DNA of 64,000 nucleotides, taken from assembly GCA_049323435.1 (NCBI GenBank), contig JBMOMX010000020.1, positions 53,665 through 117,664 of the forward strand, in the 5' to 3' direction. This document shows, in pieces, positions 8,281-19,916 of this stretch (positions are counted from its first letter, which is position 1; each line of letters starts with the position of its first letter). Position numbers and translations under genes: made by a program. The notes under the pieces were generated by a model. The model saw only the letters and a program-made list of their open reading frames with translations. It was not told the DNA's origin and did not search any database. This stretch comes from Pseudomonadota bacterium (GTDB lineage Bacteria; Pseudomonadota; Alphaproteobacteria; UBA11222).

Positions 8281-9501
8281 CTAACCGTTTATGGCGCCCA
8301 GACTGTCATAGATGGGGCCAAAGACTGCAATTGCGATCCAGGCCATTATTCCCCCCATGACAGCGGTCAGCGCAGGTTCAATAAACGAGATCATGCCTTG
8401 TACCGATTCGTCCACATCGCGATTATACATTTCCGCAACATTATTCAGGGCGTCAGACATATTTCCCGAATCTTCGCCCACTTTAATCATGCGCAGAACC
8501 AGCGGCGGAAATTCGCCCGAAGACCGCATGGCGATGGATAATCCAAGTCCCGACTGCACACCCTCGCGCACCACGCTCAGCGCTTCGGCAATGGCAAGAT
8601 TGTTAACCAGGCGTTTGGAGGCGTCCAGGCAGGTCAGTAATTCGATACCGCTGCGAAACATGGTGGAAAACATATAGGCGAACCGGGCAAGGGCAATTTT
8701 ACGCAGCACTATCCCGACAACTGGAATGCGCAGCAGATAATAATCTGTCTGATATCTGAAATCCTGTGAGGTTCTGCGTCCAAAGCTTACTGCTGTAACG
8801 GCGCCGATTACCAGCACGGGCAGCATGAACCAGTAGTCACGAATTGCATTTGAAGTTGCTATCAGCGCCTTGGTCATAAAGGGCAGTTCGGTTCCGTTAG
8901 ACTCCAGCAATGTGGTTATCTGCGGCACCACAAAACTCATCATGAAAATGACGACAAGCGTAACCACAACTCCGAGTATGGCAGGATAGCGCGTGGCTTT
9001 CTTTACTTTAACCGCCATATCGTCCGACCATTTTAAATGCGCGACCAGCTGACCGAAAGCTTCGCCCATCTGGCCGGTTTGCTCGCCGGCGGCGACGAGG
9101 GATTGAAAGATATTGCCAAACAGTTTCGGGTGCGCGGCAAATGAGGCGCTCAGACTGGCGCCGTCATTCACTTCCCGTGCTATTTGCGCAAGCGCGTCGC
9201 GCAGGCGCGGCGTGTCGGTAGAATCCCGGATCTCGCTCAGGCTTTCCATCAGCGGCACACCGGCGCGCTGCAACTGCTCCATATGCACGCACATCTGGAT
9301 CAGATCACGAATCCTGACTTGCTTTTGCAGCACCTTGCCGATTCGCTGCTCCGAAACCATTTTGAATTCGATCAGGTCCAGACCGGATGATTCCACCAGC
9401 CCGTTCAGATCCTGCTCATTGGACGCAAACACTGTGCCCCGGATAATCCGGCCGGTCTGGTTTATGGCGCGATAGCGGTAGTCAGGCATGGCTATGCTCA
9501 C
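8281..9501 (-). CDS. Type II secretion/type IV pilus platform protein (GspF/PilC/MshG family)
   Basis: YRYRAIN, AGEQTG, TRYP, MIKVGEDSG, FIEP motifs. Confidence 0.93.
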   Translation of the reverse strand: MSIAMPDYRYRAINQTGRIIRGTVFASNEQDLNGLVESSGLDLIEFKMVSEQRIGKVLQKQVRIRDLIQMCVHMEQLQRAGVPLMESLSEIRDSTDTPRLRDALAQIAREVNDGASLSASFAAHPKLFGNIFQSLVAAGEQTGQMGEAFGQLVAHLKWSDDMAVKVKKATRYPAILGVVVTLVVIFMMSFVVPQITTLLESNGTELPFMTKALIATSNAIRDYWFMLPVLVIGAVTAVSFGRRTSQDFRYQTDYYLLRIPVVGIVLRKIALARFAYMFSTMFRSGIELLTCLDASKRLVNNLAIAEALSVVREGVQSGLGLSIAMRSSGEFPPLVLRMIKVGEDSGNMSDALNNVAEMYNRDVDESVQGMISFIEPALTAVMGGIMAWIAIAVFGPIYDSLGAING

Positions 9502-11309
9502 ATGCGCGCGGTTAAATCGGCGGACCGCATCAGCGATTGCAGCGATATATCCCCCATGAGCACACGTTCAATGCCGTCTTCGGCGATGGAGCGCTGGCCA
9601 CTGTTGCGCAGATAGTTGCGCATGGCCGTGCGGGTGGCTCTGGTAGCGATCAATTCATCCAGGCCATCATCGACATAAATGATTTCGGCAATGGCGGTAC
9701 GCCCCTTAATTCCTGATTGAAAGCAGGCCTCACAGCCCGGCGCCTCCCACAGTGCGGGCGGATTTTCCGCATCAACGCCAAGCAGCCTGCATTCCTCAGC
9801 CGTTGCCACCCGTTCAACCTTACAGGTCTTGCAATTCAGGCCGACCAGACGCTGGGCAAAGACCCCGGTGATATTGCCGGACAGCATGCCGGGCTCCAGC
9901 CCCAGATCATATAATCTCGGCAAGGCCCCCAATGCGTCATTGGTATGTAATGTCGTAAAGACCTGATGCCCGGTCATGGCGGCGCGCAGCGCCATCTGCG
10001 CCGTTTCGTTGTCGCGCACTTCGCCGATAAAAATAATATCGGGATCCTGGCGTAAAATATTGCGGATGCCTTCTCCAAAGGTAAGCCCCTGATTTTCGCG
10101 TATCTGGGTCTGCCGGATCAAAGGCAGTTCATATTCAACCGGATCCTCCAGCGTCATAATATTGACTTTGGGATTACTGATCGCGGATAGCATGGCATAT
10201 AGCGTGGTGGTTTTGCCGCTGCCGGTGGGGCCGGTCACGATGATGATGCCTTCAGGGCGTTTCAGAATACGTTCTATTTCATGCCGGTTGCGCCCGGAAA
10301 AACCCAGATCATCCAGGCTAAGCACAGCCTTCGCCTTGTCCAGTACGCGCAGAACAATATTTTCGCCGCCGGTGGTCGGCAGAACGGAAACACGAAAATC
10401 TATTTCGCGGTTGCCAAACCGCATGCTCAACCTTCCATCCTGGGGATGCAGGCGGTCGGCGATGTTCATGCCGCAAATTATTTTCAGCCGGTGCGACATT
10501 GCCGACCAATGCTCCTTATGGAAGGTGCGCACCTGTTGCAGACGCCCATCCAGCCGGTAGCGCAAACGCACAAACAATTCTTCCGGTTCGAAATGAATAT
10601 CGGACGCGCCCAGTTTGACGGCGTCCAGCATGAGTGCGTCCACCAGCCGCACCAGCGGATGCGCATAGCCTTCGCGTTCTGTCGCAGCGGTTACGTCAAA
10701 CTCACCGGTCTCCAATTCGCGCAGGATGCCGGCAACCGACATTTCATAGCCGAAATTGCGGTCAATGGCGTTGACCAGATCATCTTCCATGCAGACGCGG
10801 GGTTCAATCTGGACGCCGCGCGGCAGATAGCGGCGCAACTGATCCATGGCCAGCACGTCGAACGGGTCCACCATAGCCACAACGGCTTTTTCTCCGGTCA
10901 GGGAAATCGGCAGAATCCGGTGTTGCAGCGCGACATTGCGCGGCACCAGCTTCACGGCTTCGGGGTCAATAAGGGCTTCGCGGATATTAAACGATTCAAA
11001 TCCCGTTGATTCCGCCAGCAGCCGGGTCAGCATGTCATCGGTGATAAATCCGAATTCCACCAGAATATTGCCGACCATTTTCTCCGGCGCGCGCGCTTTT
11101 TCACGCAGCGCCACATCAAGCTGATCACGGGTGATCGCGCCCAGTTCAAGCAATCTGTCGCCCATGCGGGCTGTGGGTTTGGGCTTGGGCGGCGCTGCCG
11201 GCTGCGTTTGGGCCGGAACGGGTGCGGGGCGGGCCGCGCCTGGACGGTCATCAAGCATCAGCCCGCTTTTACCGGCAGGCACTCCAAATGGCGTTTGTTT
11301 ATCGTCCAT
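9498..11309 (-). CDS. Extension ATPase (GspE/PilB/MshE family) with N-terminal MshEN-like domain
   Basis: GASDIHFEP, Walker A GPTGSGKTT, TLEDPVE, LRQDPD, GEVRD, TGH, CxxC...CxxC; N-terminal RMGDRLLELGAITRDQLDVAL. Confidence 0.95.
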   Translation of the reverse strand: MDDKQTPFGVPAGKSGLMLDDRPGAARPAPVPAQTQPAAPPKPKPTARMGDRLLELGAITRDQLDVALREKARAPEKMVGNILVEFGFITDDMLTRLLAESTGFESFNIREALIDPEAVKLVPRNVALQHRILPISLTGEKAVVAMVDPFDVLAMDQLRRYLPRGVQIEPRVCMEDDLVNAIDRNFGYEMSVAGILRELETGEFDVTAATEREGYAHPLVRLVDALMLDAVKLGASDIHFEPEELFVRLRYRLDGRLQQVRTFHKEHWSAMSHRLKIICGMNIADRLHPQDGRLSMRFGNREIDFRVSVLPTTGGENIVLRVLDKAKAVLSLDDLGFSGRNRHEIERILKRPEGIIIVTGPTGSGKTTTLYAMLSAISNPKVNIMTLEDPVEYELPLIRQTQIRENQGLTFGEGIRNILRQDPDIIFIGEVRDNETAQMALRAAMTGHQVFTTLHTNDALGALPRLYDLGLEPGMLSGNITGVFAQRLVGLNCKTCKVERVATAEECRLLGVDAENPPALWEAPGCEACFQSGIKGRTAIAEIIYVDDGLDELIATRATRTAMRNYLRNSGQRSIAEDGIERVLMGDISLQSLMRSADLTARM

Positions 11310-11396
11310 GGGTCATCCTTCGGCGATTAACACAGGCTCATGCGCGCCTGAATGCGTTGCATGTGCGATCCTTGGCAGCACGCCGCCGCTGCGGCT

Positions 11397-12181
<785 letters not shown>

Positions 12182-12185
<4 letters not shown>

Positions 12186-12943
12186 GGCTTGCATCCATAG
12201 GCGATGGTCAGTTGCCCGCTGGTGCGGAAACGCACAATATCGTCAAAGCCAATTTTGCTATCGCCGCTGTCGCGCTTTTCATAATAAAAGATGAGATTGA
12301 CATCGCCAACCCCGGCAGGCGCCGACCCGTAAGATTTGCTATTGATGGTTTCGGTCTCGGAAGCGGTTGTTATAGGCAGGCGCGCCCCGCTTGGCAGATA
12401 TCCGCCCGCTCCGTTTTCGCCGTGGCTTATCAGGACATAGGCAGCTCTTGGATCGGGGGGTGCGGTGTCACTGGCGCCGCGCACCTGCAATATGCCTGGA
12501 GTAAGGTTTTTAAACCCGCCGGAGCATTTCAGCTTGTCGTCGCCTTTGGCTACTGCGCTGGTGACAGCATAGCTTATCCGCCGTCCCCACCCATCCAGCA
12601 CATCGGCTTCGGAAAGTCCCAGCGCCTGCCAGGGAACGCCGCCAAACGCCATTGTCACATTGCAGATATTGGCCGGAATGCCATTGCTTGCCGATCCGGG
12701 CCCCAAAGTCATGTTCGACGGACAGGGTATATCGTCATTATTGGCGGCATAAACCGCCAGGGCGTCTTCAATGGATTTAAGTTTGGACTTGGTTTCGTTG
12801 CGCTTGTTGTTATCAAGCATCGGCTGCAGCAGCATGCTGCCGCCGCCCAGCAACAGCCCCAGAATGGCCAGCACAATGGCCAGCTCGATCAGGGTGAAGC
12901 CGCGCCGGGCGATATTGTTTACAGGTTTGCAGGGCAGGCGCAT
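12182..12943 (-). CDS. Type IV prepilin-like minor pilin
   Basis: RRG-FTLIELAIVLAILGLLLGG class III signal peptide. Confidence 0.9.
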
Positions 12944-13086
12944 CAAATTTCCCTCGGGCCGATTCAGGCATTATTCCAATCATTGTTGTTAAGTATAATT
13001 GGTTAACGCACCGGATATGAAATCATCGCAAATGCCGCGCCGGGTTAATTGAACCGCAAATATGGCCGTCCCGGGCCGCCGTAACG

Positions 13087-13112
13087 CAAAAGGCCGGGGA
13101 ATCCCCGGCCTC
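13087..13112 (-). terminator. Intrinsic terminator after major pilin gene
   Basis: Minus strand AGGCCGGGGA-T-TCCCCGGCCT followed by a T-run. Confidence 0.8.
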
Positions 13113-13144
13113 TGTTTTACTACGGATATGACAAGCTGTACCCG

Positions 13145-13912
13145 TCAGTTAAGGTCAATAATCAGATTGCACGTGCGGTTATTGTTCGCAGATGCGTAGA
13201 TATTATCCGCCGCCGTGTAACAAGTGGTCGCAGACAGTGTGGCATTGGTGCTGACAGAGCCGGTATTGGGCTGGCCATCATCAAGGATGCGGTCGATCTG
13301 CAATGCCTGGTCCGGCCGCAATGCGCCAGCGGTATTGGTAATCGCGCCAGTAGCCTGTGCGGACAGTCGCACAACATGCCGGCCGGTCGTCCCTTGATAA
13401 AGCACATGGAACCCCCCGCCTGTTACAGCATTGGGATGCCGGCTGCCAAAGGCGGTGGTGCCGCCTGCTCCAAGCTCAATATCGCCGATAAAGCGCGATA
13501 CGGCCAATTGCTGCCAGAAGGCCAGATTTTCAGTAGCTGCGCTGACATCCGCTGAAAAGGGCGATGCGATGCTGGCGCCCACAATACCATTGCCTTCTGT
13601 CCCGCTAGCGGGCAGGCAGGGCGCGGCGGTGCAGGCGGGAAGCACACTGTCCGCCTTGGGGACATCGCCCGGCAGGGCGCCATATTTGTCCTTGAATGCG
13701 ATGGTCGCCGACCGATAGGCCTGAGTTTGCGACACCAGATTTTTGATCTCGGCATTGCCGATCAGCTCCTGACCTTTCAGTATGCCGCCAATGATCAGAC
13801 CGATAATCACCAGCACGATAGAAAGTTCAACAAGGGTAAAACCCTTTTCCCGCGCGAATCCGGACCGGTCATCCGGCGCCGCAGCAAATTTGTTAAGTGT
13901 CTGATTCTTCAT
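13145..13912 (-). CDS. Probable major type IV pilin
   Basis: KG-FTLVELSIVLVIIGLIIGGILKGQELI; C-terminal Cys pair; own intergenic region and terminator. Confidence 0.88.
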   Translation of the reverse strand: MKNQTLNKFAAAPDDRSGFAREKGFTLVELSIVLVIIGLIIGGILKGQELIGNAEIKNLVSQTQAYRSATIAFKDKYGALPGDVPKADSVLPACTAAPCLPASGTEGNGIVGASIASPFSADVSAATENLAFWQQLAVSRFIGDIELGAGGTTAFGSRHPNAVTGGGFHVLYQGTTGRHVVRLSAQATGAITNTAGALRPDQALQIDRILDDGQPNTGSVSTNATLSATTCYTAADNIYASANNNRTCNLIIDLN

Positions 13913-14118
13913 GGTTTGTTTCCATCCAGTGAGTCAAAAGCACAAAATTAAGGACAAAATTCCGCATCGTATAACCGTTATTACATACGCCATGTAGTCA
14001 TAAGTAACTAGCTTTTTTTGCCAAAACACAGAAAAGCAGACGAATCAGTGATAGCCGTCACTGATGCAAGACTAGTTAAACAGCGTTAAGCTGTAACATG
14101 GAAGTGTAAGTAAAGTGT

Positions 14119-14835
14119 TTATTTAGTCCCAGGGATTTTTCCCAGCCTGGTGTCAATATAATTACGAATGAAGTTTTGCTCCGCTTGTTGCAGGTCCGGA
14201 CTGGTTGCTAAAATTGCCTCCAATATATCCCGCGCAGCTTCTTTTTCGCCAATATCCGCAAGCACAAAGGCCGGCATTTGCCGCGTCCAGATGGGCAGAT
14301 CCGCAACTTGTAACGCGGCCAATTGATAGGCCAGTTCAAGGGCTAAGGTTTGATCCTTGATGCGGTGGCGGGCCAGGTAAACGCTATAGGCCAGCCAACG
14401 CCAGTGCTTCTGAGGATATTTTGCCGAAAGCTGTTGCAGATAGGTCACAATATGGCGCAGTTGATCCGGATTCCGGCTTTGTCCGTAATAATATCCGGCC
14501 AGAGCGGGGATATATTGACTATCGGGATCAATCTCGGACAAAAGGGAAAACCAGCCAGCAAGCCGGCCATAATCAAAGTCTTTAAGCGGGGTCATCTCCC
14601 CGGCAAAATCCCCCGCATTCTGTAAACCAAGCGCCAGGGCGCGGTAGGCAAACTGATCATCGGCAACACGCAGCGCGTCAGCCAGTGCGGCGGAGGGGGC
14701 GGCAAGCCTGACCACCCGCCACTCGTTGCGTGGCGTATGGGACTGCGCCCAGAACAGCATTTGCGTCAGAAGTCCGGCCAGTAAAACAACGAAATATTTG
14801 CGCGGCACATTGCGCAGGCTGCCCTGCCCCTGCAT
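14119..14835 (-). CDS. Membrane-anchored helical-repeat protein (PilG/XapA-like, inferred)
   Basis: N-terminal TM then helical segments (IDPDSQY, KHWRWL); follows ABC permease. Confidence 0.5.
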   Translation of the reverse strand: MQGQGSLRNVPRKYFVVLLAGLLTQMLFWAQSHTPRNEWRVVRLAAPSAALADALRVADDQFAYRALALGLQNAGDFAGEMTPLKDFDYGRLAGWFSLLSEIDPDSQYIPALAGYYYGQSRNPDQLRHIVTYLQQLSAKYPQKHWRWLAYSVYLARHRIKDQTLALELAYQLAALQVADLPIWTRQMPAFVLADIGEKEAARDILEAILATSPDLQQAEQNFIRNYIDTRLGKIPGTK

Positions 14836-14837
14836 GG

Positions 14838-15626
14838 CTATAAACGCTTCCTGCTGAAATCAATGGCGGCAGCGCCGAGAACAAGCGGGATGAAGGCGAG
14901 AGTTTGCAGCAGGGACCAGATCAGGCCCGGCTCCTGCGCATTCCAGCCATAGACCAGCCATTCGCTTCGGCTGAACAGATCAAGCCGCGGAACAATGAAA
15001 GAGATGAGAATAAAGCCCTTGCCTAGCGCCTGATCCATCATGCCGCCCGTGCTGGCGTGATCAGCGAGGATGCCGAGCAAACCGCTCATGCGGGCAAGAA
15101 AGTAGAATCCGAGGCTCACCAGCGCGGCGGTAACCGCGCTGGCGCGGATCAGTCCAAAGAACAATGTGGTCAAAATCATCAGGCTGGTTTCCAGCGCCAT
15201 GCTGGCGCCCCAGACGAGCAAACCGCCCAGCGGCGGTCTGGCGCATATCCATAACAGGATGACTCCGATGGCGACGCACACAATGCCCATGATGACCATG
15301 CTGGCGCCATATACCAGAACGAAAGCGCCCCGCGAAATCGGCCGTGACAGGATCAGGGCGATTTCACCGCTGTCCATGGCCTGACGGATGTGAAAACAGA
15401 TAAATATCACCATGCCAAAAATGATCAGTACACGGCTTCCGGCCCCAAAAAAACTGGCGGCCATTTCGCGCTGTTCAATAAGGGCGCTGCCGCTGAGGAA
15501 AGCGGTCAGCGCAGCGGCCAGCGCCATCATCACGGGCAGGGCCAGAAACAGGCGGTCCCGTAAGGCGGTAATCAGCATATAATGCAGTAAGGCGCGCCCG
15601 GTTGCGCTGTGTCTGGAAGGCGCCAT
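14838..15626 (-). CDS. ABC-2 type permease (PilI-like)
   Basis: ALRDR, ILSRPISR, about 6 TM, terminal FSRKRL. Confidence 0.8.
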   Translation of the reverse strand: MAPSRHSATGRALLHYMLITALRDRLFLALPVMMALAAALTAFLSGSALIEQREMAASFFGAGSRVLIIFGMVIFICFHIRQAMDSGEIALILSRPISRGAFVLVYGASMVIMGIVCVAIGVILLWICARPPLGGLLVWGASMALETSLMILTTLFFGLIRASAVTAALVSLGFYFLARMSGLLGILADHASTGGMMDQALGKGFILISFIVPRLDLFSRSEWLVYGWNAQEPGLIWSLLQTLAFIPLVLGAAAIDFSRKRL

Positions 15627-15627
15627 A

Positions 15628-17547
15628 TCAAAATGGCAATGGACGCCGGTCGCGTCCGAAAGTGCGGTACAGATCGGCATCCGCTTCGGTGGCGCCGCTA
15701 TCCTCGATGATGGTGGCGCGCAGGAAAATAACCAGTTCCGACTGCCGGTTAAAATCACTGCGGGATTTGAAAAGATTGCCGATCAGCGGCAGACCTGACA
15801 CGCCGGGCATGCCAGTATCAACGGACGCGCCATTATCCTGCATCAGGCCGCCCATGACCAGCACCCGGCCGGAACGCACCGTCACTAGACTGTCGATTTC
15901 CTGCACCGCAATCACCGGCACGGGCGACTGCACCGTGTTGTTGGATGCAATCGACACGCCGGGGTCATTGACCGTTCCCGTGATGCGGGTGATGGTCGGA
16001 CGCAAGGACATGGCGATTTCGTCCGTCTCGGCATGAATGGAAGGCTGTACGGTGATGATTACGCCTTCTGGAACCGTGCGGATATTACTTTCGACGGTGA
16101 CCCGATCCGTATTTGTCGTTTCATTCGTTGTGCGCTCAAAATCCAGTTCAAAGAACACGCGGTTCTCCACCACCTTCAATACCGCGCTCTGATTATGCTG
16201 CACGGTCAGGCGCGGACTGGACAGTGTGCGCACCGTGCCAAACTGCTGCGCCAGGCTGGCCACCGCATCAATATCATTCTGATCCAGCGCCAGCGTCACG
16301 ACGCCCGAAGTTGCGGCGTTGAGCCCGTCAAACGGGCCGGACTGGGGAACAACCACGGTATTGCCGAAACGCGCCGCGCCGGTTGCGGTTCCCAGCACGC
16401 CTGCCCAGTTAATGCCGCCTTCGTAACCGTCAGTCAGTTGCACTTCCAGTACCTTTGCCTCGATCAGAACCTGACCGGCAATCACTTTGCGAAGCTTGCG
16501 CAGATAAGCATCAATCATCTTGTGCTGACGCGCTGTGCCGTAGATATTCAACAGCCCGGCAATGCGGTTGAGGCTATAGGGTCTAAGCGCCGGATCTGTG
16601 GCGCTTGCGCCGGCCGGTCTAGCGGCTGCGGCCGGCGTTCCGGCGGGTACATTTCCAGCTGCGGCAGCTGATGGATCCGCTGCCGCAGCAACTGGCAGCG
16701 CAGTATTATTTACAGCATCGGCCAGCGCGCCAGGCGCCGCTGCGCCAGCGGCTGGCGGGGTTGGGGTGACGGGCAGAGGTTCCGGAACGCTTGAGGCAGT
16801 GCTGCTAGCGGCAGGGGAAGCGGCGATGATGCCAGAGGAGGCGGCCGTGCCCGACAGCAGGTTCTCACGCTGGTCGCTGCGGCTCATCAGCATACTGACA
16901 TTGGCTTCGAGTTCCTGCCAGAAATTATTATTTGACTGACTGCTGACTTCGCTTGAGGAACTGTTGCCCTGTCCGCCGCTGCCCTCGCCGCCGACCGCTT
17001 CGCCGCCGACAACGTCCACCGTGGTTGAAACAGAGCTTCTGGTGTCGCGGATGACATTCAGATAATCGACGCGGTAATTTTTTAGATAGGGCAGATCGCG
17101 TTCGATGCGCAGCACATTGCCATCCAGATCATAGCGCAGATCCGCCATGTCCGCGATGCGCTCAATGACTTCTTCAAACGGGCGCTGGCGAACGGAAAAA
17201 ATCAGGCTGCCGGTTATATGCGGATCCAGTTCCAGACCGACATTGGCCTGGCGGGCCAGCTCCACCAGAACTTCGCGGATAGGCACTTCTTCATTGACCG
17301 AAATCGAAACCGATCGCGCATTGGCGGGCAAAGCCAGATTGGGCATCGGCAACAAAGCTTCTTCCTGGGGGATGGGCGGCGGCGGTTGCGATGGATCCCC
17401 TTGCGGCGCACGGGGCTTCAGCGCCTCACGGTAATCCTCACGGGTCAGGCCGGCACCTCGGTCCTGCTTGTCAAAATTCGGCTGCGACATACCGCCACAG
17501 GCGCATAGCAGCACCAGACCGGACAGGCTCACGCGCCGGGCCAGCAT
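15628..17547 (-). CDS. Secretin, MshL-type lipoprotein
   Basis: Lipobox LVLLCAC; YRVDYLN..Ser-rich..NFW N-domain; QVLIEAKVLEV, LSSPRL, VLVMGGLM, P..GNLF, ELVIFL. Confidence 0.9.
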   Translation of the reverse strand: MLARRVSLSGLVLLCACGGMSQPNFDKQDRGAGLTREDYREALKPRAPQGDPSQPPPPIPQEEALLPMPNLALPANARSVSISVNEEVPIREVLVELARQANVGLELDPHITGSLIFSVRQRPFEEVIERIADMADLRYDLDGNVLRIERDLPYLKNYRVDYLNVIRDTRSSVSTTVDVVGGEAVGGEGSGGQGNSSSSEVSSQSNNNFWQELEANVSMLMSRSDQRENLLSGTAASSGIIAASPAASSTASSVPEPLPVTPTPPAAGAAAPGALADAVNNTALPVAAAADPSAAAAGNVPAGTPAAAARPAGASATDPALRPYSLNRIAGLLNIYGTARQHKMIDAYLRKLRKVIAGQVLIEAKVLEVQLTDGYEGGINWAGVLGTATGAARFGNTVVVPQSGPFDGLNAATSGVVTLALDQNDIDAVASLAQQFGTVRTLSSPRLTVQHNQSAVLKVVENRVFFELDFERTTNETTNTDRVTVESNIRTVPEGVIITVQPSIHAETDEIAMSLRPTITRITGTVNDPGVSIASNNTVQSPVPVIAVQEIDSLVTVRSGRVLVMGGLMQDNGASVDTGMPGVSGLPLIGNLFKSRSDFNRQSELVIFLRATIIEDSGATEADADLYRTFGRDRRPLPF

Positions 17548-17736
17548 CTTGATGCTGCGTGCGGCATAGGCGGAAAAATCAGCCTGTATCATACGGGCAA
17601 TACTCTCAAAGCCCCGCATCTGTATTCCGGGGTTAAACAAATCATCAAAGTTAATTAGTTAATTATATTGGTTAATTATAAGTAAACAGCGTTAACCCCC
17701 TAATTCTGCAAAATCAATACAAATTCAGTTGCCGCG

Positions 17737-18252
17737 TTACTTGCCGGATTGCGCCGCCATTTCGGCCAGCAGATCCAGCGCGGCTTTTGCAAAGGCCCAC
17801 ATATTCTCTTCCCGGTTGGCGCTTCCTGTGGCCAGGATGATCGCCCGCTCAATGCGCTGGCCCGGATCCTTCGCCGATGGCGGGCCGCTGACCGCCACGA
17901 CGGCATGGCCAGGCGGATTGCCATAGGGATTGCCGCTGGGACCGCTGGCGCCGGTTTCACCCACGCCCCAGCTGCTGCCCATTTTTTCACGAATATTGCG
18001 CGCCTCGAACAGGGCAAATTCCTGGGTGGCGGATTGCATCCCCTTGGGACGCGGCGGCAGAAGCGCCTTGCCGCCTTGCGCAGTATATATTATTCCGCCG
18101 CCGATATAAAAAGCCGAGGCGCCGGGAACCGCCACCAGCGCCGCAGAAATCAGGCCGCCGCATGCGGATTCGGCGACCGCGACGGTTTGCTTGTTGGCGA
18201 TCAGTATCGTGGCGGCGGCGCTGGATAGCGCGGCCAGAACCGGCAGTGGCAT
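17737..18252 (-). CDS. CinA/PncC family protein
   Basis: VAVAESACGGLIS, VPGASAFY, GETGASGP. Confidence 0.85.
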   Translation of the reverse strand: MPLPVLAALSSAAATILIANKQTVAVAESACGGLISAALVAVPGASAFYIGGGIIYTAQGGKALLPPRPKGMQSATQEFALFEARNIREKMGSSWGVGETGASGPSGNPYGNPPGHAVVAVSGPPSAKDPGQRIERAIILATGSANREENMWAFAKAALDLLAEMAAQSGK

Positions 18253-18366
18253 AGTGGAATTCCTTTACGAACCAGGTGGCCGAATCATCGGATTTGCTTG
18301 ACTCTACCCCAGTACGGGCCTAGTTTCCCATCCGGTCCGCCACATTGCGGGCCGTAATGAATGTCA

Positions 18367-18403
18367 CACCAGTCAGCGAGGTTTCGCCCACTGGTGCTTT
18401 TTG
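18367..18403 (+). promoter_or_regulatory. Structured ffh 5' leader hairpin
   Basis: CACCAGT-CA-GCGA-GGTT-TCGC-CC-ACTGGTG stem with internal loop, followed by CTTTTTG, about 30 nt before ffh. Confidence 0.55.
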
Positions 18404-18427
18404 CTTTGTAATATGGGCTGACCATTT

Positions 18428-19879
18428 ATGTTCGAATCGCTTTCAGATCGCCTGAGCGGCATCTTCGACAAGCTCCGCAAACAAGCGGCGCTGAGCGAGG
18501 CCGATGTCGATGAGGCCATGCGCGAAGTGCGCCGGGCGCTGCTGGAGGCTGATGTGGCGCTGCCGGTGGCGCGCGACTTCATTGCCAAGGTGCGCACCCG
18601 CGCCATCGGGGCGGAAGTGGTCAAATCGATCACGCCTGGCCAGATGGTCATCAAGATCGTGCATGACAATCTGGTCGAAATGCTGGGTCACACCTCGCAG
18701 GGCATTGATCTGAACGCCCCATCGCCGGTGCCTATCTTAATGGTAGGCCTGCAGGGATCGGGCAAAACCACGACGACGGCCAAGCTGGCGCTGCGCCTGC
18801 AAACGCGCGATCGCAAAAAAGTGTTGATGGCCTCGCTCGATGTGGCCCGCCCCGCCGCGCAACAGCAATTGAAGATACTGGGCGAGCAGGCCAAGGTTGC
18901 GACCCTGCCGGTGATTGCCGGGCAGATGCCTGTCGATATTGCCAGGCGCGCCATGGAAGCGGGCCGTCTGGGCGGTTTTGATGTGGTGCTGCTGGACACT
19001 GCCGGGCGCACCCATGTGGATGAAGCCCTGATGGCCGAAGTGGCTGCGGTGCGCACTGCTGTCAATCCGCACGAAACATTGCTGGTTGCCGATAGTCTGA
19101 CCGGGCAGGATGCGGTGAATGTCGCAAGCAGTTTTAATGCACGCACGCCGCTGACCGGGATCATCCTGACCCGTGTTGATGGCGATGGCCGCGGCGGCGC
19201 GGCGCTGTCGATGCGCGCGGTCACCGGCTGTCCAATCAAGGCGATTGGCGTTGGCGAAAAGCTGGATGCGCTGGAAGATTTTCATCCCGAACGTATCGCG
19301 GGACGCATTCTGGGTCAGGGCGATGTGGTCAGTCTGGTGGAGCGCGCCGCCGAAAGCTTCGAGGTGGAAAAGGCTGAAAAGCTCGCCAAAAAAATGCAGA
19401 AGGGCGAGTTCGATCTCGATGATCTGGCGGAGCAATTGGCGCAGATGCGCAAAATGGGCGGTATGCAGGGGCTGTTGGGCATGCTGCCGGGCGTCGGCAA
19501 AATGAAGAACCAGATCGCCGCAGCCGGACTTGATGACAAATTGATCAAGCGCCAGGAAGCCATTGTGCATTCCATGACCCGTGAAGAACGCCGCAAACCC
19601 AAAATCCTCAACGGTTCACGCAAACGCCGCATCGCGGAAGGTTCCGGCACCTCCGTGCCCGAAGTCAACAAGCTGCTGAAAACCCATCGTCAGATGGCCG
19701 ACATGATGAAACAGGTTGGCAAAAAAGGCATGAAAGGCCTGCTGGGTGGACTAGGCGGTCTGGCCGGAATGGGCGGCGCCATGCCACAATTGCCAACGGG
19801 GCTGGGCGGCTTGGGCGGCGGATTACCTGATGGCGGCAAGCCGAAATTACCGCCCGGATTTCCGGGCTTTAAACGCTAA
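18428..19879 (+). CDS. ffh: Signal recognition particle protein
   Basis: [30 protein letters not shown]-domain. Confidence 0.98.
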   Translation: MFESLSDRLSGIFDKLRKQAALSEADVDEAMREVRRALLEADVALPVARDFIAKVRTRAIGAEVVKSITPGQMVIKIVHDNLVEMLGHTSQGIDLNAPSPVPILMVGLQGSGKTTTTAKLALRLQTRDRKKVLMASLDVARPAAQQQLKILGEQAKVATLPVIAGQMPVDIARRAMEAGRLGGFDVVLLDTAGRTHVDEALMAEVAAVRTAVNPHETLLVADSLTGQDAVNVASSFNARTPLTGIILTRVDGDGRGGAALSMRAVTGCPIKAIGVGEKLDALEDFHPERIAGRILGQGDVVSLVERAAESFEVEKAEKLAKKMQKGEFDLDDLAEQLAQMRKMGGMQGLLGMLPGVGKMKNQIAAAGLDDKLIKRQEAIVHSMTREERRKPKILNGSRKRRIAEGSGTSVPEVNKLLKTHRQMADMMKQVGKKGMKGLLGGLGGLAGMGGAMPQLPTGLGGLGGGLPDGGKPKLPPGFPGFKR

Positions 19880-19916
19880 CAGACTTAACTATCCCCTAAC
19901 AATCCTAGGAATCACA

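Noticed and set aside
14076-14089. Canonical CtrA box
   Set aside because: Spacing is TTAA-N6-TTAA, not N7; kept only as part of the shared-motif finding
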